Below are positions 1 through 13,689 of a stretch of DNA of 64,000 nt, in pieces. The notes under the pieces were generated by a model. It saw nothing but the letters and a program-made list of their open reading frames with translations. It had not been told where the DNA came from and did no database searches. The translations under genes were made by a program, and so were the position numbers. Position 1 is the stretch's first letter, and each line of letters begins with the position of its first letter. Origin of the DNA: Malacoraja senta (lineage: Eukaryota); the NCBI GenBank assembly GCA_038087875.1, contig JAXLNO010000289.1:1-64000 (forward strand), given 5' to 3'.

Positions 1-3000
1 CAATGCACCCCGCAGGTTTGTCTCCGATGTTCACTCTTGTGATAGCAGACTCTCCCAGGTCCTCGTCCTCGGAATCTCGTCAGAGGAATCTGTGTAAGTG
101 TACTTCACGGTCCTCCAACCAGACTGAGTTATACATCTTCTTTATGTCTCCCACAGCAGCATAGATTCCGCCTCTGAATCTGAGGAGGACGGCGCGAATT
201 TGGTTGAGGACGTCTGGACCTTTCATCAGCAAATCATTTAAGCTGACACCATTGCACTTTTGGCTGCTGTTCCACACTAGTCTCACTGGGGTCGTGACAG
301 AGTGGGGGTTTGGAGCAATAAGGTGACTCACATACCACACTGGTCCCTCCCAGTTTGCAATCATGTCTTCGGACAATTTGATTTTAGCCTTTCGGTCCAC
401 CATGTCGTGCACCTGAGCTGTGTAGGCACTTTTCCATCCAGGTTCTCTGGATAGCTGCCTCTCCGTCCTGAGAAATGTGGCTTCCACTGTCCGTTTATTA
501 TTTGGTAGAGAAGCTGGGTCTTCCAACCAAGGATAGCTAGCATGCCAATGTGGGTCTTTACTGTGACGGTCTCCTGTTACGTAAGTGAGGCCTTCCCTTA
601 CCACTTCGAGCTCTCTCTCTTCAGCAAGAGTCATTTCTTTTCCGCCTGGCTGGCAGTTTCCACAGCGGCAACCCCCGCACTTTGGCTCGCATGCTGCTCC
701 AATGCTATCCCACTTCCACCAATCCAAGAAGTCCCGATTGGCGGTTTGTGGACGTGACTTCTGGACTTTGACGGCGACCTGTTCGTTTGGTGAAAGTTCC
801 TCAGGGACTGCGTCAGTGAGCTCCTCATACTTTAAAGCAGCTGCTCTCATTGATCTTGCGAAGTGCGTTTTGGACATGTGGGCTGACATGGTAAGCTTCT
901 CAAACAGCTCAGGGTGACAACCTCCAACAGTCTTTCCCAGTGGTCCATCCCACAGAATGAGATCTCCAACAGTTCTCATCCTCTGAGGCGCTAGCTGACA
1001 TTCTCTATGACTTATGAGCAAATGTATCTCTTTTGGTCTCACAAGTTCCTCAAGTGGGACGTCTGGAAAGAACTTTTGCAGCTGCTGTGGTGTCACATGT
1101 TTGTGAACATCTGCAATGCTGTCCAATCCATAACAAACTAACTGGTGCGACTTGAGTGTGCCCTTGGGAGTCTTCACTTGGATCTTTAGAAGGTAGCGCC
1201 TCGTCTCTCCGTGGACCTTCATCCCCCCAACTCCATGGACGATAAGCGTGATGTCTTCACTCCTAAGGTTCAGTCTACTCGCAGCCTTGTAAGTTATGTA
1301 GTTGGTATCTGAAGCCAAGTCAATTAATGTCCCAACCTTTTGTCCAGCATTTGCTACGACCTCCAGAAGCATCACAATCACTGGGTGCTCTTGCAATCCA
1401 CCTTCTTTTAGGAGGCTTGGCTGATGCTTTGCAGTGTTGAAGGTTCCTGATGCAGTGTTGGAGAACACATCTCGGCATTGTTTTGCCAACTCTGGTGGAA
1501 GTTTGCTAAAAACTCCTCTTGGTCCACTGTATATTTCTTTTTGCCTTTACCTTCCTCTGGACCAAATTTACTCCTTCTCTGATCCACACTGCTTTTCCTC
1601 ATCTCATAATTGGGGCACAGATAATAATGATGCTCAGGAGTCTGTTCATCCTTGCAGATCTGATTTTTACACAGATATGCAGGTTTGCAGTATGAACCAT
1701 CATCATGAACTTCAAGACACTTTTTGCATGCTCCCAACTTCTTTACTGCAGCTCTTTTCTCTGTCAGCTTTAGCCCTCGAAACTGCTTGCAGAAGTACAG
1801 CTTTCTTTTATGCTTTACGTCACCACAGACTACAAAAGTTGTGTGGTCATTTCCTGACTTGGTAGACTTGGTTCTGGCATGTCTTGGTTCAGTCCGAGTT
1901 TCCTTTCTACTCGGCTCCTCGTCCCTCAGTTGCTCGAGCTGTTCGTATATGCTCTCCTGCTCTTTGAGAAATGACAAGAAACTGTCAAACCGTTTCTCTG
2001 GTGCTACATCATTCTTCTTGTCAGCTACATAAACCAGCCATTCCTTTTTGAGGGATTCTGGAAGCTTGGTTTCAATTGATTTTGTCATCAGTGGATTTTT
2101 AATAGCGCCTGTGTCTCCGAGATCGCTCAAGTCCTTAAGAGCCTTTTCCACAGCTTGAATTAATTCCACTATTTTACGTGGCTGATGTCCTCTGACAGGT
2201 GGGATTCTCTGAAGCTCCTCCACTATCTCAATAGCAATAGCTGTTTGATCTCCAAACCGGTTCTCTAGGACACGAAAGATATCATCTGCAGTGTTATAGT
2301 GTAACTTGTGAGGCGGAGGTCTCTTGTAATTTTGTCCTCCAGACTGTCCAGCAATTGAACCATCTTCACCTCATTTGATCCAGTGGGTTCACCTTGCTTT
2401 TGCAGTGCTTCCCAATCCTTCCTCCATCTATAAAAGTCACGCTTGTTTCCAGTAAACTTAGGAAGGGCCGTGGGTCTCAGTCTGATGGCTGGTGAAGGAT
2501 AATTGAAAGCATTCGCCGCTTGTGCTAATCCTTCAGCGTCCTTCTTTATTCTTGCCTGTATGAAGTCAGCCTTCCTGGAAACCAGCTTGGGGACGAGAAG
2601 CTCGAGTGTTCTTAGGTGTTTCTGGAAGCTCTCTTGCTCATCCAGAGGGACCCAACGTTTCCACCGACTGTACATCTCCTTTGCAGTCTCTACCAGTTTC
2701 TACAGGTGGTTAAGCATGAATTCATATGCTTCTTGGTTGCTAATTGATGGTGTGGTGGCAGCAGCAAATTCACATGCACCATCTGCTGTCTGTAGTGAGG
2801 TGGATAATTCAATATTTCCAAAGTTTGCCCATAGAGTGTCCTGGATGAGCCCTTTGACCTCTTTTAGTTTCGACTCACACTCCTTTGCAGTCTTTGCCAG
2901 GTTGGCTTTTGCTGTTCAGTTAACACAGCTTCCTCATCTGTGTCCAGCTCGGCCTCCAGCTCTGCAATGAGTCCAGCCTCCACATCGTCATTGGCTTCCA

Positions 3001-3172
3001 TGACTTTTTCGGCCTCTTGCACGAGTTTGTTGAAATTGTTCCTGAGCTCCTCTTCAGACATTTCTTTATGGTTCCTAATGATGCTGTTAACAAGAGGAGA
3101 GAATGCCCGTTTTGCTGTTGTCCTCTCCACCTTGAGCTGCTCAGCTGACTTTCCAGTAACTTCATCAGCCAT
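1..3172 (-). pseudogene. BEL/Pao gag-pol polyprotein, frameshifted and stop-interrupted
   Basis: Four consecutive ORF pieces lie in different frames. A TGA at 80-82 interrupts RT, which resumes as ..AITRVNIGDKPAGC to the window edge. Confidence 0.85.
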
Positions 3173-4160
3173 GATTTATCTTGATTTAACTGTCTCTTCT
3201 CCAGGTTTCCAGATCTCCTGGTCACAGCAGTCTTTCACTGTCAAGTTTTCTAATGTTTTTGTGCAGATTCCCCGCTTGAAAGGGATCTGATTCATCCACC
3301 CGGAAATGATGAACTGGATTTCACTCAATGACCAAACCATTTATTTTCCTTTTTTTTCTCCTTTTATTTTGGCAGATGCAGCAATTAATTGACAGTTTCA
3401 CTTGATTTATTGCTTCAGCCATTACTTTGAAGGCATTTGGATGTTATAGGTCTTAAGGTATTTAACAGTTTAGTCTTTTAGCAGGTGAAAAACTGGCTGC
3501 CAATCGGGTGCTGTAGATAATCAGTCCTGCATGGCTTCGCTGGCGATCGCGGCAGTTTTTAGGTCAGTCTCTTAGATTATACTGTTCAAGTTTTTAGCCG
3601 CAAGTCAACTTCCGTCTTTTCCTCGCTTCCGGTGCTGTGTGCCCTTTTTTAAAGCCCCGGGCGGAACTCGGCTTATCTCCGCTTCTCTGTTCACGGTCGG
3701 GCTGACTCTGCTCCCGACCGGGCTTTCTCTGCTTTCTCCCCCCACCGGGTTGACTGTTCCCAGTTGGGCTGAAGACTGAGCCTCTTGTCGGTGGCTTTTC
3801 TGGACCTGTCCGCGGCCTTCACGGTACTAGGCCCCCACCCGACGTCTGTGGCTGCTGCTTGAGCTTGGCTGTGGGCTGCACAGCCCTGGATACATTTCAG
3901 GTAAGCTGACACCGTGCTTGGTGACCCTTACTGCCCCTGCTTGATTTCCTAGCTCTACCCTGAGCTATTGCTTCCCGTTCCTACCTTTTTTCTTTTTGGC
4001 GCCAATTCAAAACCATTTGGCTTGGTGCTGTTCCACTTGTTGCCAAATACTACTTCTATTTTTAACTTTTGTTTTCGATTCTTCTTGCTGGCCTTGTTCT
4101 TATCTTCGTTCTTTTATCCTCGTCGCCAATTGTTGTGTATTCGGATGCTTTGAATAGTCT

Positions 4161-4397
4161 TGAATGAAGGCCCGGACACGGGAGGAATCATACAAGCTTC
4201 TTTACTGCAGGACGCCACCTTGTCTTTTTTCCTCCTGCGTACTTGCCCCAGACATCACAAGACACCAATTACTTATCCTAATTATCCCATACCTAACACT
4301 CCTTCCCCTTTAACTTGGAGCCCGGTAACACCAATTATATTACATACATAATACTCCTCCCCCTTTAACTTGGAGGTAGGTAATACCTTTCATTACA
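4161..4397 (-). repeat. Candidate 5' LTR of the BEL/Pao element (inner boundary uncertain; may extend to about 3583)
   Basis: Minus strand starts TGTAATGAAAGG and has CCTTCATTCA at 4170-4161 (imperfect inverted termini, TG..CA). It contains an AGTAAA poly(A)-like signal near 4201 and a ~22-bp internal direct repeat. The second LTR is not in the window. Confidence 0.5.
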
Positions 4398-4410
4398 GTT
4401 TGACTTGACA

Positions 4411-6920
4411 CTTATTGTATGAAAAGACTGGACCATTTCCCACCCCAACCAACACTTCACACACACTCACAGACTGACCTCAGTCTGCAAAGACTGGGCC
4501 CTTCTACACCCATCCTCCTCCTATCACCACTTCACACCCAATTACTCACACCCTCCTTGCTGAACAACATCACTTCATCAACAATAAAAATAGAGGAGGT
4601 GGAGAGGCTTTTCAGAAGACAGAAAAGCCGGAAGTCTCCAGGACCTGACAATGTTTCCCCCTCTACTCTCAAGCTCTGTGCCAAACATATACAGACATGT
4701 TTAACCAGTCCCTGCAAACATGTACTGTCCCTACCTGCTTCAAAGTCTCCACTATTGTCCCTGTACCCAAAAAGGTAAGGATTACTTGTCTTAATGACTG
4801 ACCTCTGCAGTCATGAAGACCCTTGAAAGGTTTGTGCTGGCCAAGCTGAAAAATATCACAAACCCCCTGCTGGACCCTCTGCAGTTTGCTTATCGGGCCA
4901 ATAGATCTGTGGATGATGCAGTCAAACTGGGCCTGCACTTCATCCTACAGCACCAGGGGACCTATGCGAGGATCCTGTTTGTTGATTTTAGCTCTGCATT
5001 CAACACCATTGTGACAGAGCTACTACACTCCAAACTTTCCGAGTTGACTGTGCCTGAACCCCTCTGTCGGTGGATTACCAACTTCCTGACAGACAGGAAG
5101 CAGTATGTGAGGCTGGTAAAGCACATCTCGGACCCGCAAACGCTCAGCATAGGAGCACCGCAAGGCTGCGTACTATCTTCTCTCCTCTACTCTCTCTACA
5201 CCAACGACTGCACCTCCACAGACACCTCTGTCAAGCTTATCAAGTTTGCTGATGATAAATGTCAATCTCAAGAAGCTACTATAGCGCACTCATTTGTTTT
5301 CTGTACAAAAATTCAAAAATTTGGGATTTAAATGTTTGAATTCTTTACAAAATTATTTAAAATAAAACTGATACCCAAAGCAGAATGGATTATCTTCGGA
5401 ACAACGGAAGATAGTCGAGAACTAAATGTGTTCCAAAAGAAATTAATAGACTATGGGTTAATAACTGGAAAAAGGTTAACCCTAAAATTCTGGAAAAACG
5501 CTCCAATACCAACTATAAACATGTGGATTTCAAATATGTTCGAAACATTACACCTAGAAGAGATAAGACTCCTCCTGGCAGGTAAACCAGATCACTTCCA
5601 CCTGACGTGGTCTGCATTTATAGAATTATTACAAGTATAGGGTGCAAAAGTACTTAAAAAAAAAACTGAGGTCAGGTAAGGGGCGACGAAAGCTGGAGAG
5701 TTGGTATGTCCCATTTGCGTGATGCTTACAACAATGTATTTGTTTTTTCTCTTTTCCCTCTTTCTCTTTTTTCTTCTTTTTTAGGGTCTATTTCTTAACT
5801 CTTTTTTTAAAAATTTCTTTCTTATAGGGTCTCTGTTCTTTTTTGTTTTTGTTTTTTTTCCTTCACTTTCTCCTTTCTCTCAATCTCATCCTTTCCCATT
5901 ATTAGTGTAAAAATGACGGAGTACATTAATTGTAATAAGATATATGTGACGAGTACTAATGTAATTGGTTGTAATGTAATGTACTTCTAATAAATAAAAA
6001 TAAAAAAATAAAAAAATAAAAAATAAAAGTTTGCTGATGACACAACCCTGATTGGACTGATCCAGGATGGGGAGGAATCTGCCTACAGACAGGAAGTGAC
6101 ACAGCTGGCATCCTGGTGCCATCGCAACAACCTGGAGCTCAATGCTCTTAAGACCGTGGAATTGATTGTAGACTTTAAGAGAGCTCCCCCTCCCCTCACC
6201 CCACTCACCACCAACAACACCACAGTCACATCTGTGGAGTCTTTTATGTTCCTGGGAACCATCATCTCCAAGGACCTTAAGTGGGGGGGCTACCATTGAC
6301 GCCACAGTCAAAAAGGCACAACAGAGGGTGTACTTCCTATGGCAGCTGAGGAAGCACAATCTGCCACAGGCAATGATGGTCCAATTCTACACGGCCATCG
6401 TAGAGTCTGTCCTCACCTTCTCCATCATGGTCTGGTTTGGCTCAGCCACCAAGCACGACACCTGGAGGCTGCAGCGAATCGTCCGAGCAGCAGAGAAGGT
6501 TATTCGCTGCAACCTTCGCTCCATTGATGAACTGTACACTGCAAAGGCCAGGAAGCGAGCGGGCAAGATCGTCTCTGACCCCTCTCACCCTGGCCACAAA
6601 CACTTTGAATCACTTCCCTCTGGAAGGCGACTCCGGACTGTCAAAGCTGCCACAGCCAGACATAAAAACAGTTTTTACCCACGAGTAGTTGCTCTACTCA
6701 ACAGCCAGAAATCTGTAGCCTCCCTTTGATCTGGTATTTTGTTGGTTCACGTGCTTGATCAATGGTGTTTTATCATTAATATTTTATTATTATTCATGTT
6801 TAATGTTTTCTGAGTCATTCGTAACTGTCACTGTATGTCATGTTGTTACTTGTGGGCGGAGCAACAAGGCAAATTCCTTGTATGTGAATACTTGGCCAAT
6901 AAACTTACTTACTTACTTAT
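4411..6920 (+). mobile_element. Rex1/Babar LINE, 5'-truncated and defective, interrupted by an L1 insertion
   Basis: RT motifs KSPGPD, LDPLQFAYRANRSVDDA, LFVDFSSAFNTI, GAPQGCVLS and KFADD; C-terminus DPSHPGH..LPSGRR..RHKNSFYP; AATAAA followed by a (TTAC)n tail at 6898-6920. Confidence 0.9.
5256..6026 (+). mobile_element. L1-clade LINE 3' fragment with a 14-bp TSD
   Basis: ORF2 C-terminal Cys/His motif DKCQSQEATIAHSFVFC, then a T-rich 3'UTR and an A-rich tail. AAGTTTGCTGATGA is duplicated at 5242-5255 and 6027-6040. Confidence 0.9.
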
Positions 6921-7029
6921 TGAAACATGCAAAAGAGGAGCAGGAGTGGATTATTTGGCACATTGAGCCCGTTCCGTCATTCAACACAACTTTCTCTGCA
7001 AATCCCATATTACAATTCTCTCCCTATAA

Positions 7030-7385
7030 TCATTGATCCCATTTGTGTCAAGAAAAAACCTATCCCCTACTTAACTGGATTCATTTACTAGTCATCTACC
7101 ATTTTTTCCGTGGGGTGAATTTTAAAGCTCACTATATTCAGAATTAAGACATTTTTCCACATCTCAGCCCTTCAGGTCTTAAGTCTGCGGCCCCTTGTTC
7201 TAGATCCTCCAGTCGCCGAAAAAAATCCTTACAAATGGAGTTTGTCTCGCTCTGCCTGAATTTTGTTTGATTTAGTGAGGTCCCGTTCATGTCTTGCAAA
7301 CTCCAGTGACTACTGGCCCAGTGGCTCCTCCTCTCCTCACACGTTAGCCCTGCCATTCCAAGAATCAGTCTGGTCAGCTTTGGCT
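7030..7385 (-). mobile_element. Old CR1 LINE 3' fragment
   Basis: Decayed translation IQPKLTRLILGMAGLTCEER..SLEF resembles the CR1 ORF2 C-terminus. Confidence 0.6.
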
Positions 7386-7424
7386 GAATCCCTTCTGTGG
7401 CAGGAAAACATTTCTCGGGTATAT

Positions 7425-10400
7425 AATATAACAATTACAACACGGAAACAGGCCATCTCGGCCCTTCCAGTCCGTGCCGAAAAACTTACTCTCACCTGGT
7501 CCCATCTACCTGCACTCAGACCATAACCCTCCATTCCTTTCCCGTCCATATACCTATCCAATTTATTTTTAAATGATAAAATCGAACCTGCCTCCACCAC
7601 TTCCACTGGAAGCTCATTCCACACAGCTACCACGCTCTGAGTAAAGAAGTTCCCCCTCATGTTTCCCCTAAACTTTTGTCCTTAATTCTCAAATCATGTC
7701 CGCTTGTTTGAATCTTCCCTACTCTCAATGGGAAAAGCTCATCCACGTCCACTCTGTCTATCCCTCTCATCATTTCAAAGACCTCTATCAAGTCCCCCCT
7801 TCACCTTCTGCGCTCCAAAGAATAAAGACCTATCTTGTTCAACCTTTCTCTGTAACTTAGTTGCTGAAACCCAGGCAACATTCTAGTAAATCTCCTCTGT
7901 ACTATCTCTCTTTTGTTGACATCTTTCCTATAATTTGGCGAAAAAAATTGTACACCATATTCCAGAATTGGCCTCACTTATTCCTCAATTCGCTACCATT
8001 TACCATGTACGTCCTATTTTGATTTGTCCTACCAAGATGTAGCACCTCACACTTATCTGCATTAAACTCCATCTGCCATCTTTCAGCCCACTATTCCAAA
8101 TGGCCTCAATCTCTCTGTAGACTTTGAAAATCTACTTCATTATCCACAACACCACCTATCTTAGTATCATCTGCATACTTACTAATCCAATTTACCACAC
8201 CATCATCCAGATCATTGATGTATATGACAAACAACAGTGGACCCAACACAGATCCCTGAGGCACCCCACTAGTCACCGGCCTCCAACCTGACAAACAGTT
8301 ATCCACCATTACTCTCTGGTATCTCCCATTCAGCCACTGTTGAATCCATCTTGCTACTCCACTATTAATACCCAACAATTCTTAACCAACCTTCCATGTG
8401 GAACCTTGTCAAAGGCCTTATTGAAGTCCATATAGACAACATCCACCGCTTTACCCTCGTCAATTTCCCTAGTTACCTCTTCAATAAATTCAAGAAGATT
8501 AGTCAAACATGACCTTCCAGGCACAAATCCATGTTGGCTGTTTATCCAGTTGAATATATATATTATCTCTAAGTATCCTTTCCATCAATTTGCCCACCAC
8601 TGACATCAAACTAACAGGTCTATAATTGCTAGGTTTACTCTTAAAACCCTTTTAAAACAATGGAACAACATGCGCAGTACGCCAATCCTCCCGCACCATT
8701 CCCGTTTCTAATGACATTTGAAATATTTCTGTCATAGCCCCTGCTATTTCTACACTAACTTCCCTCAATGTCCTAGGGAATATCCTGTCAGGACCTGGAC
8801 ACTTATCCATTTTTATATTTTTCAAAAGTGTCAGTACTTCCTCTTCTTTGATCCTCATAGTTTCCATAGCTACTCTACTTGTTTCCCTTACCTCATATAA
8901 TTCATTATCCTTCTCCTTGGTGAATACTGAAGAAAAGAAATTGTTCAATATCTCCCCCATCTCTTTTGGCTCTGCACATAGCTGTCCACTCTGACTCTCT
9001 AATGGACCAATTTTGTCCCTCGTTATCCTTTTGCTATTAATATAGCTGTAGAAACACTTTGGATTTATTTTCACCTCACTTGCCAAAGCAACCTCATATC
9101 TTCTTTCAGCTTTTCTAATTTCTCTCTTAAGATTCTTTTTACATTCGTTATACACTTCAAGCAACTCATTTACTCCATGCTGCCTATAATTATTGTAGAT
9201 CTCTCTATGTTTCTGAACCGTGCCAATTTCCCTTGAAAACCATGGCTCTTTCCAATTATTACTCTTTCCTTTCAACCGAACAGGGACATAAAGATTCTGT
9301 ACTCTTAAAATTTCACCTTTAAATGTCCTCCATTTCTCTACTACATCCTTCCCATAAAACAAAATGTCCCAATTCACTCCTTTTAAATCCTTTCGCATCT
9401 CCTCAAAGTTAGCTTTTCTCCAATCAAAAATCTCAACCCTTGGTCCAGTTCTGACCTTCTCCATAATTATATTGAAACTAATGGCATTGTGATCATGGGA
9501 CCCGAAGTGCTCCCCAACACATACTTCTGTCAACTGACCTGTCTCATTTCCTAACAGGAGGTCCAGCACTGCCCCTTCTCTAGTAGGTACCTCTATGTAT
9601 TGCTGCAAAAAACTATCCTGCACACATTTTACAAACTCCAAACCATCCAGCCCTTTTACAGAATGTGTTTCCCAGTCTATGTGTGGAAAATTGAAATCTC
9701 CCACAATCACTACCTTGTGCTTACTACTAATATCTGCTATCTCCTTACATATTTGCTCTTCCAATTCTCGCTCCCCATTAGGCGGTCTATAATACACCCC
9801 TATAAGTGTTGCTACACCTTTCTCATTTCTTTGTTCCACCCAAATAGCCTCCCTAGACGAGCCCTCTAATCTATCCTGCCAAAGCACTGCTGTAATATCT
9901 TCCCTGACAAGCAATGCAACACCTCCACCTCTTGCCCCTCCAATTCTATCACACCTGAAGCAATGAAATCGTGGAATATTTAGTTTCCAATCACAGCCAT
10001 CCTGCAACCATGTTTCACTAATCGCCACAACATCATACTTCCAGGTGTCAATCCAGGCTCCAAGCTCATCCACCTTTCTTACAATACTCCTAGCATTAAA
10101 ATAGACACATTTAAGAAACCCACCACCACTTATTTTCTGTTTATTATCTTTTTCTTCTTTCTCCCCTACATGTTGGGTCTGAGTGCTTCTCTTCTATGCC
10201 TCCTGCCTCACACACTGTCTACTAGCTTTCTCTATTTGAGTCCCTCCCCCCAACCGTTCTAGTTTAAAGTCTCCCCAGTAGCCTTTGCAAATCTCGCCGC
10301 CAGGATATTGGTTCCCCTCGGGTTCAAGTGCAACCCGTCCTTTTTGTACAGGTCACACCTTCCCCAAAAGAGGTCCCAATGATCCAGAAACTTGAATCCC

Positions 10401-10735
10401 TGCCCTGTGCACCAGTCCCTCAGCCACAAATTTATCCTCCACCTCACTCCATTCCTACTCTCACTGTCGCGTGGCACAGGCAGCAATCCTGAGATTGTTA
10501 CTTTTGCAGTCCTTCTCCTTAACTCTCTTCCTAACTCCATAAATTCTCCTTTCAGGACCTCTTCTCATTTTCTACCTATGTCATTGGTACCTATATGTAC
10601 CACGACCTCAGGCTCCTCACCCTCCCATTTCAGGATATCTTGGACATGTTCAGACACATCCCAGACCCTGGCACCAGGGAGGCAAACTACCATCCGGGTC
10701 TCCTGACTGCGTCCACAGAATCGCCTATCTGATCC
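7425..10735 (-). mobile_element. CR1 LINE with ORF1 SGNH-esterase remnant and ORF2 (APE endonuclease + RT), disrupted
   Basis: ORF1 10259..10735 (LPGARV..VHIGTND..KKDGLHLNPRG); ORF2 8652..10073 (VAISETWL, VYYRPP, VGDFN, LDLLL, GSHDH) and 8106..8378 ([14 protein letters not shown]); CR1 3' tail near 7430; internal deletion near 7975. Confidence 0.92.
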
Positions 10736-11179
10736 TTAATGGGTAAGGAGAACAAAACAGCACAGAAGGGGTGGTCTCAGGAATATCCTGTAATATGGCA
10801 ACAAGACATCTTGTTACTGTGCTCAAAAACTCCAGAAGAGAAGACTAACAAATATCACTTGCCTACTTACTGCATGCTGCATCACATGTCTGCTTTCAGT
10901 GATTAGTGCACAAAGACGCAGATATCTTTATCAATATTTCTGAATCAATCACAATTCCTATAGTTCTCAGTCTTTCTGCTTTTTCATCAAAACATCAAGT
11001 TTATCCACAATATTATGGATAGGAAATGTATGGAGGGACATGGGTTAGGTGCAGGCAGTTGGGACTGGCTCAGATAGACAACTTGGTCAGCATGTATGCA
11101 ATGGGCCTATTTCCATGCTGTACAGCTCTATGACTATGCTACAACTCTGTGTATATTTGGACACTAGCTCAACTGACTG

Positions 11180-12897
11180 GAAGGAGCCGGCCAAAGTTGA
11201 CTGGAAAGATACACTAGCAGGGATGACAGTGGAACAAAAATGGCAGGTGTTTCTAGGAATAATACAGAAGGTGCAGGATCAGTTCATTCCTAGGAGTAAG
11301 AAAGATTCCAAGGGGAGAAAGGGACGAGACCATGGCTGACAAGGGACGTCAGGGACAGTATAATAATTAAAGCGAAGAAGTACAATGTAGCAAAGATGAG
11401 CAGGAAGCAAGAGGATTGGGTAATGTTTAAAGAACAACAGAAGATAACCAAAAGACAATACGGGGAGAAAAGATGAGGTACGAGGGTAAGCTAGCCAAGA
11501 ATATAAAGCAGGATAGTAAAAGCTTCTTTAGGTATGTGAAGAAGATAAAATTAGTTAAGACCAAAGTTGGACCCTTGTAGACCGAAAAAGGTGAATTTAT
11601 TATGGGGAACAAGGAAATGGCAGATGAGTTGAACAGGTACTTTGGATCTGTTTCACGAAGGAGGACACAAACAGTCTTCCTGATATAGTAGTGGCCAGAG
11701 GATCTGGGGTGACGGAGGAACTGAAGGAAATCCACATTAGGCAGGAAATGGTGTTGGATAGACTGATGGGACTGAAGGCTGATAAATCCCCAGGGCCTGA
11801 TGGTCGGCATCCCAGGGTACTTAAGGAAGTGCCTCTAGAAATCGTGGATGCATTGGTGGTAATTTCCCAATGTTCTATAGACCCAGGATCAGTTCCTGTG
11901 GATTGGAGGGTAGCTAATGTTATCCCACTTTTTATGAAAGGCGGGAGGGAGAAAACAGGGAATTATAGACCAGTTAGCCTGACATCGGTGGTGGGGAAGA
12001 TGCTGGAGTCAATTATGAAAGATGAAATAGCCGAACATTTGGATAGCAGTAACAGGATCGGTCCGAGTCAGCATGGATTTACGAAGGGGAAATCATGCTT
12101 GACTAATATTCTGGATTTTTTTGAAGATGTAACTAGGAAAATGGACAAGGGAGGGCCAGTAGATGTAGTGTACCTGGACTTTCAGAAAGCATTTGATAAG
12201 GTCCCACATAGGAGATTAGTGGGCAAAATTAGGGCACATGGTATTGGGGGTAGTGTGCTGACATGGATAGAGAAGTGTTTGGCAGACAGGAAACAAAGAG
12301 TAGGGATTAACGGGTCCCTTTCAGAATGGCAGGCAGTGACTAGTGGGGTACCGCAAGGCTCGGTTCTGGGACCGCAGCTATTTACAAAATACATCAATGA
12401 TTTGGATGAAGGGATTCAAAGTAACATTAGCAAATTTGCAGATGACACAAAGCTGGGTGGCAGTGTGAACTGTGAGGAGGATGCTATGAGAATGCAGGGT
12501 GACTTGGACAGGTTCGGGGAGTGGGCAGATCCATGGCAGATGAAGTTTAATGCAGATAAATGTGAGGTTATCCACTTTGGTAGCAAAAACAGCAAGGCAG
12601 ATTACTATATAAATGACGTCAAGTTGGGAAAAGGGGAAGTACAACGGGATCTGGGGGTCCTTGTTCATCAGTCTATGAAAGTAAGCATGTAGGTACAGCA
12701 GGCAGTGAAGAAAGCCAATGGCATGTTGGCCTTTATAACAAGAGGAGTTGAATGTAGGAGCAAAGAGATCCTTCTGCAGTTGTACAGAGCCCTATTGAGA
12801 CCACACCTGGAGTATTGTGTGCAGTTTTGGTCCCCTAATTTGAGGAAGGACATTCTTGCTATTGAGGGAATGCAGCGTAGGTTTATAAGGTTAATTT
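11180..12897 (+). mobile_element. CR1 LINE ORF2 fragment (RT), 3' end missing
   Basis: ORF 11691..12692 with [35 protein letters not shown] and FADD. Confidence 0.92.
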
Positions 12898-13650
12898 GAC
12901 GCCATTTAGATAGTAATCTGCCTTCCTGTTTTGCTACCAAAGTGGATAATCTCACATTTCTCTGCATTAAACTTCATCTGCCATGCATCTGCCCACTCCC
13001 CCAACCTGTCCAAGTCACCCTGCATTCTCATAGTACCCTCCTCACAGTTCACACTCCCACCCAGCTTTGCGTCATCTGCAAATTTGCTAATGTTACTTTG
13101 AATCCCTTCATCCAAATCATTGATGTATATTGTAAATAGCTGCGGTCCCAGCACCGAGCCTTGCGGTACCACACTTGCCACTGCCTGCCATTCCGAAAGG
13201 GACCCGCTAATCCCTACTCTTTGTTTCCTGTCTGCCAACCACTTCTCTATCCATGTCAGCACTCTACCCCAATACCATGTGCCTTAATTTTGCGCAATAA
13301 TCTCCTATGTGGAACCTTATCAAATGCTTTCTGAAAGTCCAAGAACACTACATCCACTGGCTCTCGCTTGTCCATTTTCCTAGTTACATCCTCAAAAAAT
13401 CCAGAAGATTAGTCAAGCATGATTCCCCCTTCTTAAATCCATGCTGACTCGGACCGATCCTGTTACTGCTATCCAAATGTGCGGCTATCTCATCTTTTAT
13501 AATTGACTCCAGCACTACACCACCACCGATGTCAGGCTAACTGGTCTATAATTCTGTTTTCTCTCTCCCGCCTTTCTTAAAAAGTGGGATAACATTAGCT
13601 ACCCTCCAATCCACAGGAACTGATCCTGAATCTATTGAACATTGGAAAAA
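12896..13650 (-). mobile_element. CR1 RT fragment inverted against the preceding copy
   Basis: The reverse complement aligns by eye to 11865..12621 with scattered substitutions; ORF 12906..13262. Confidence 0.9.
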
Positions 13651-13689
13651 AATGGAATCATTTGAAAGAATAATAACATTAGCTTTATT

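Larger units (their letters stand above)
1..4397 (-). mobile_element. BEL/Pao LTR retrotransposon, 5' half (continues past the left window edge)
   Basis: Minus-strand ORF fragments occur in order: 2864..3172; 2265..2675 (LPKFTGNKRDFYRW, DUF1759-like Gag); 1408..2223 (Cys/His-rich knuckles CKKCLEVH..C); 80..1489 (protease-like TLIDLASDTNYI and Pao-type RT PVRLVWNSS..SLNDLLMKGPD..DIKKMY). Confidence 0.9.

Noticed and set aside
8652..10073. Long ORFs here and at 32366-33778 as active LINEs or host genes
   Set aside because: Both are CR1 ORF2 pieces bounded by stops, frameshifts or deletions; no full-length ORF2 is present.
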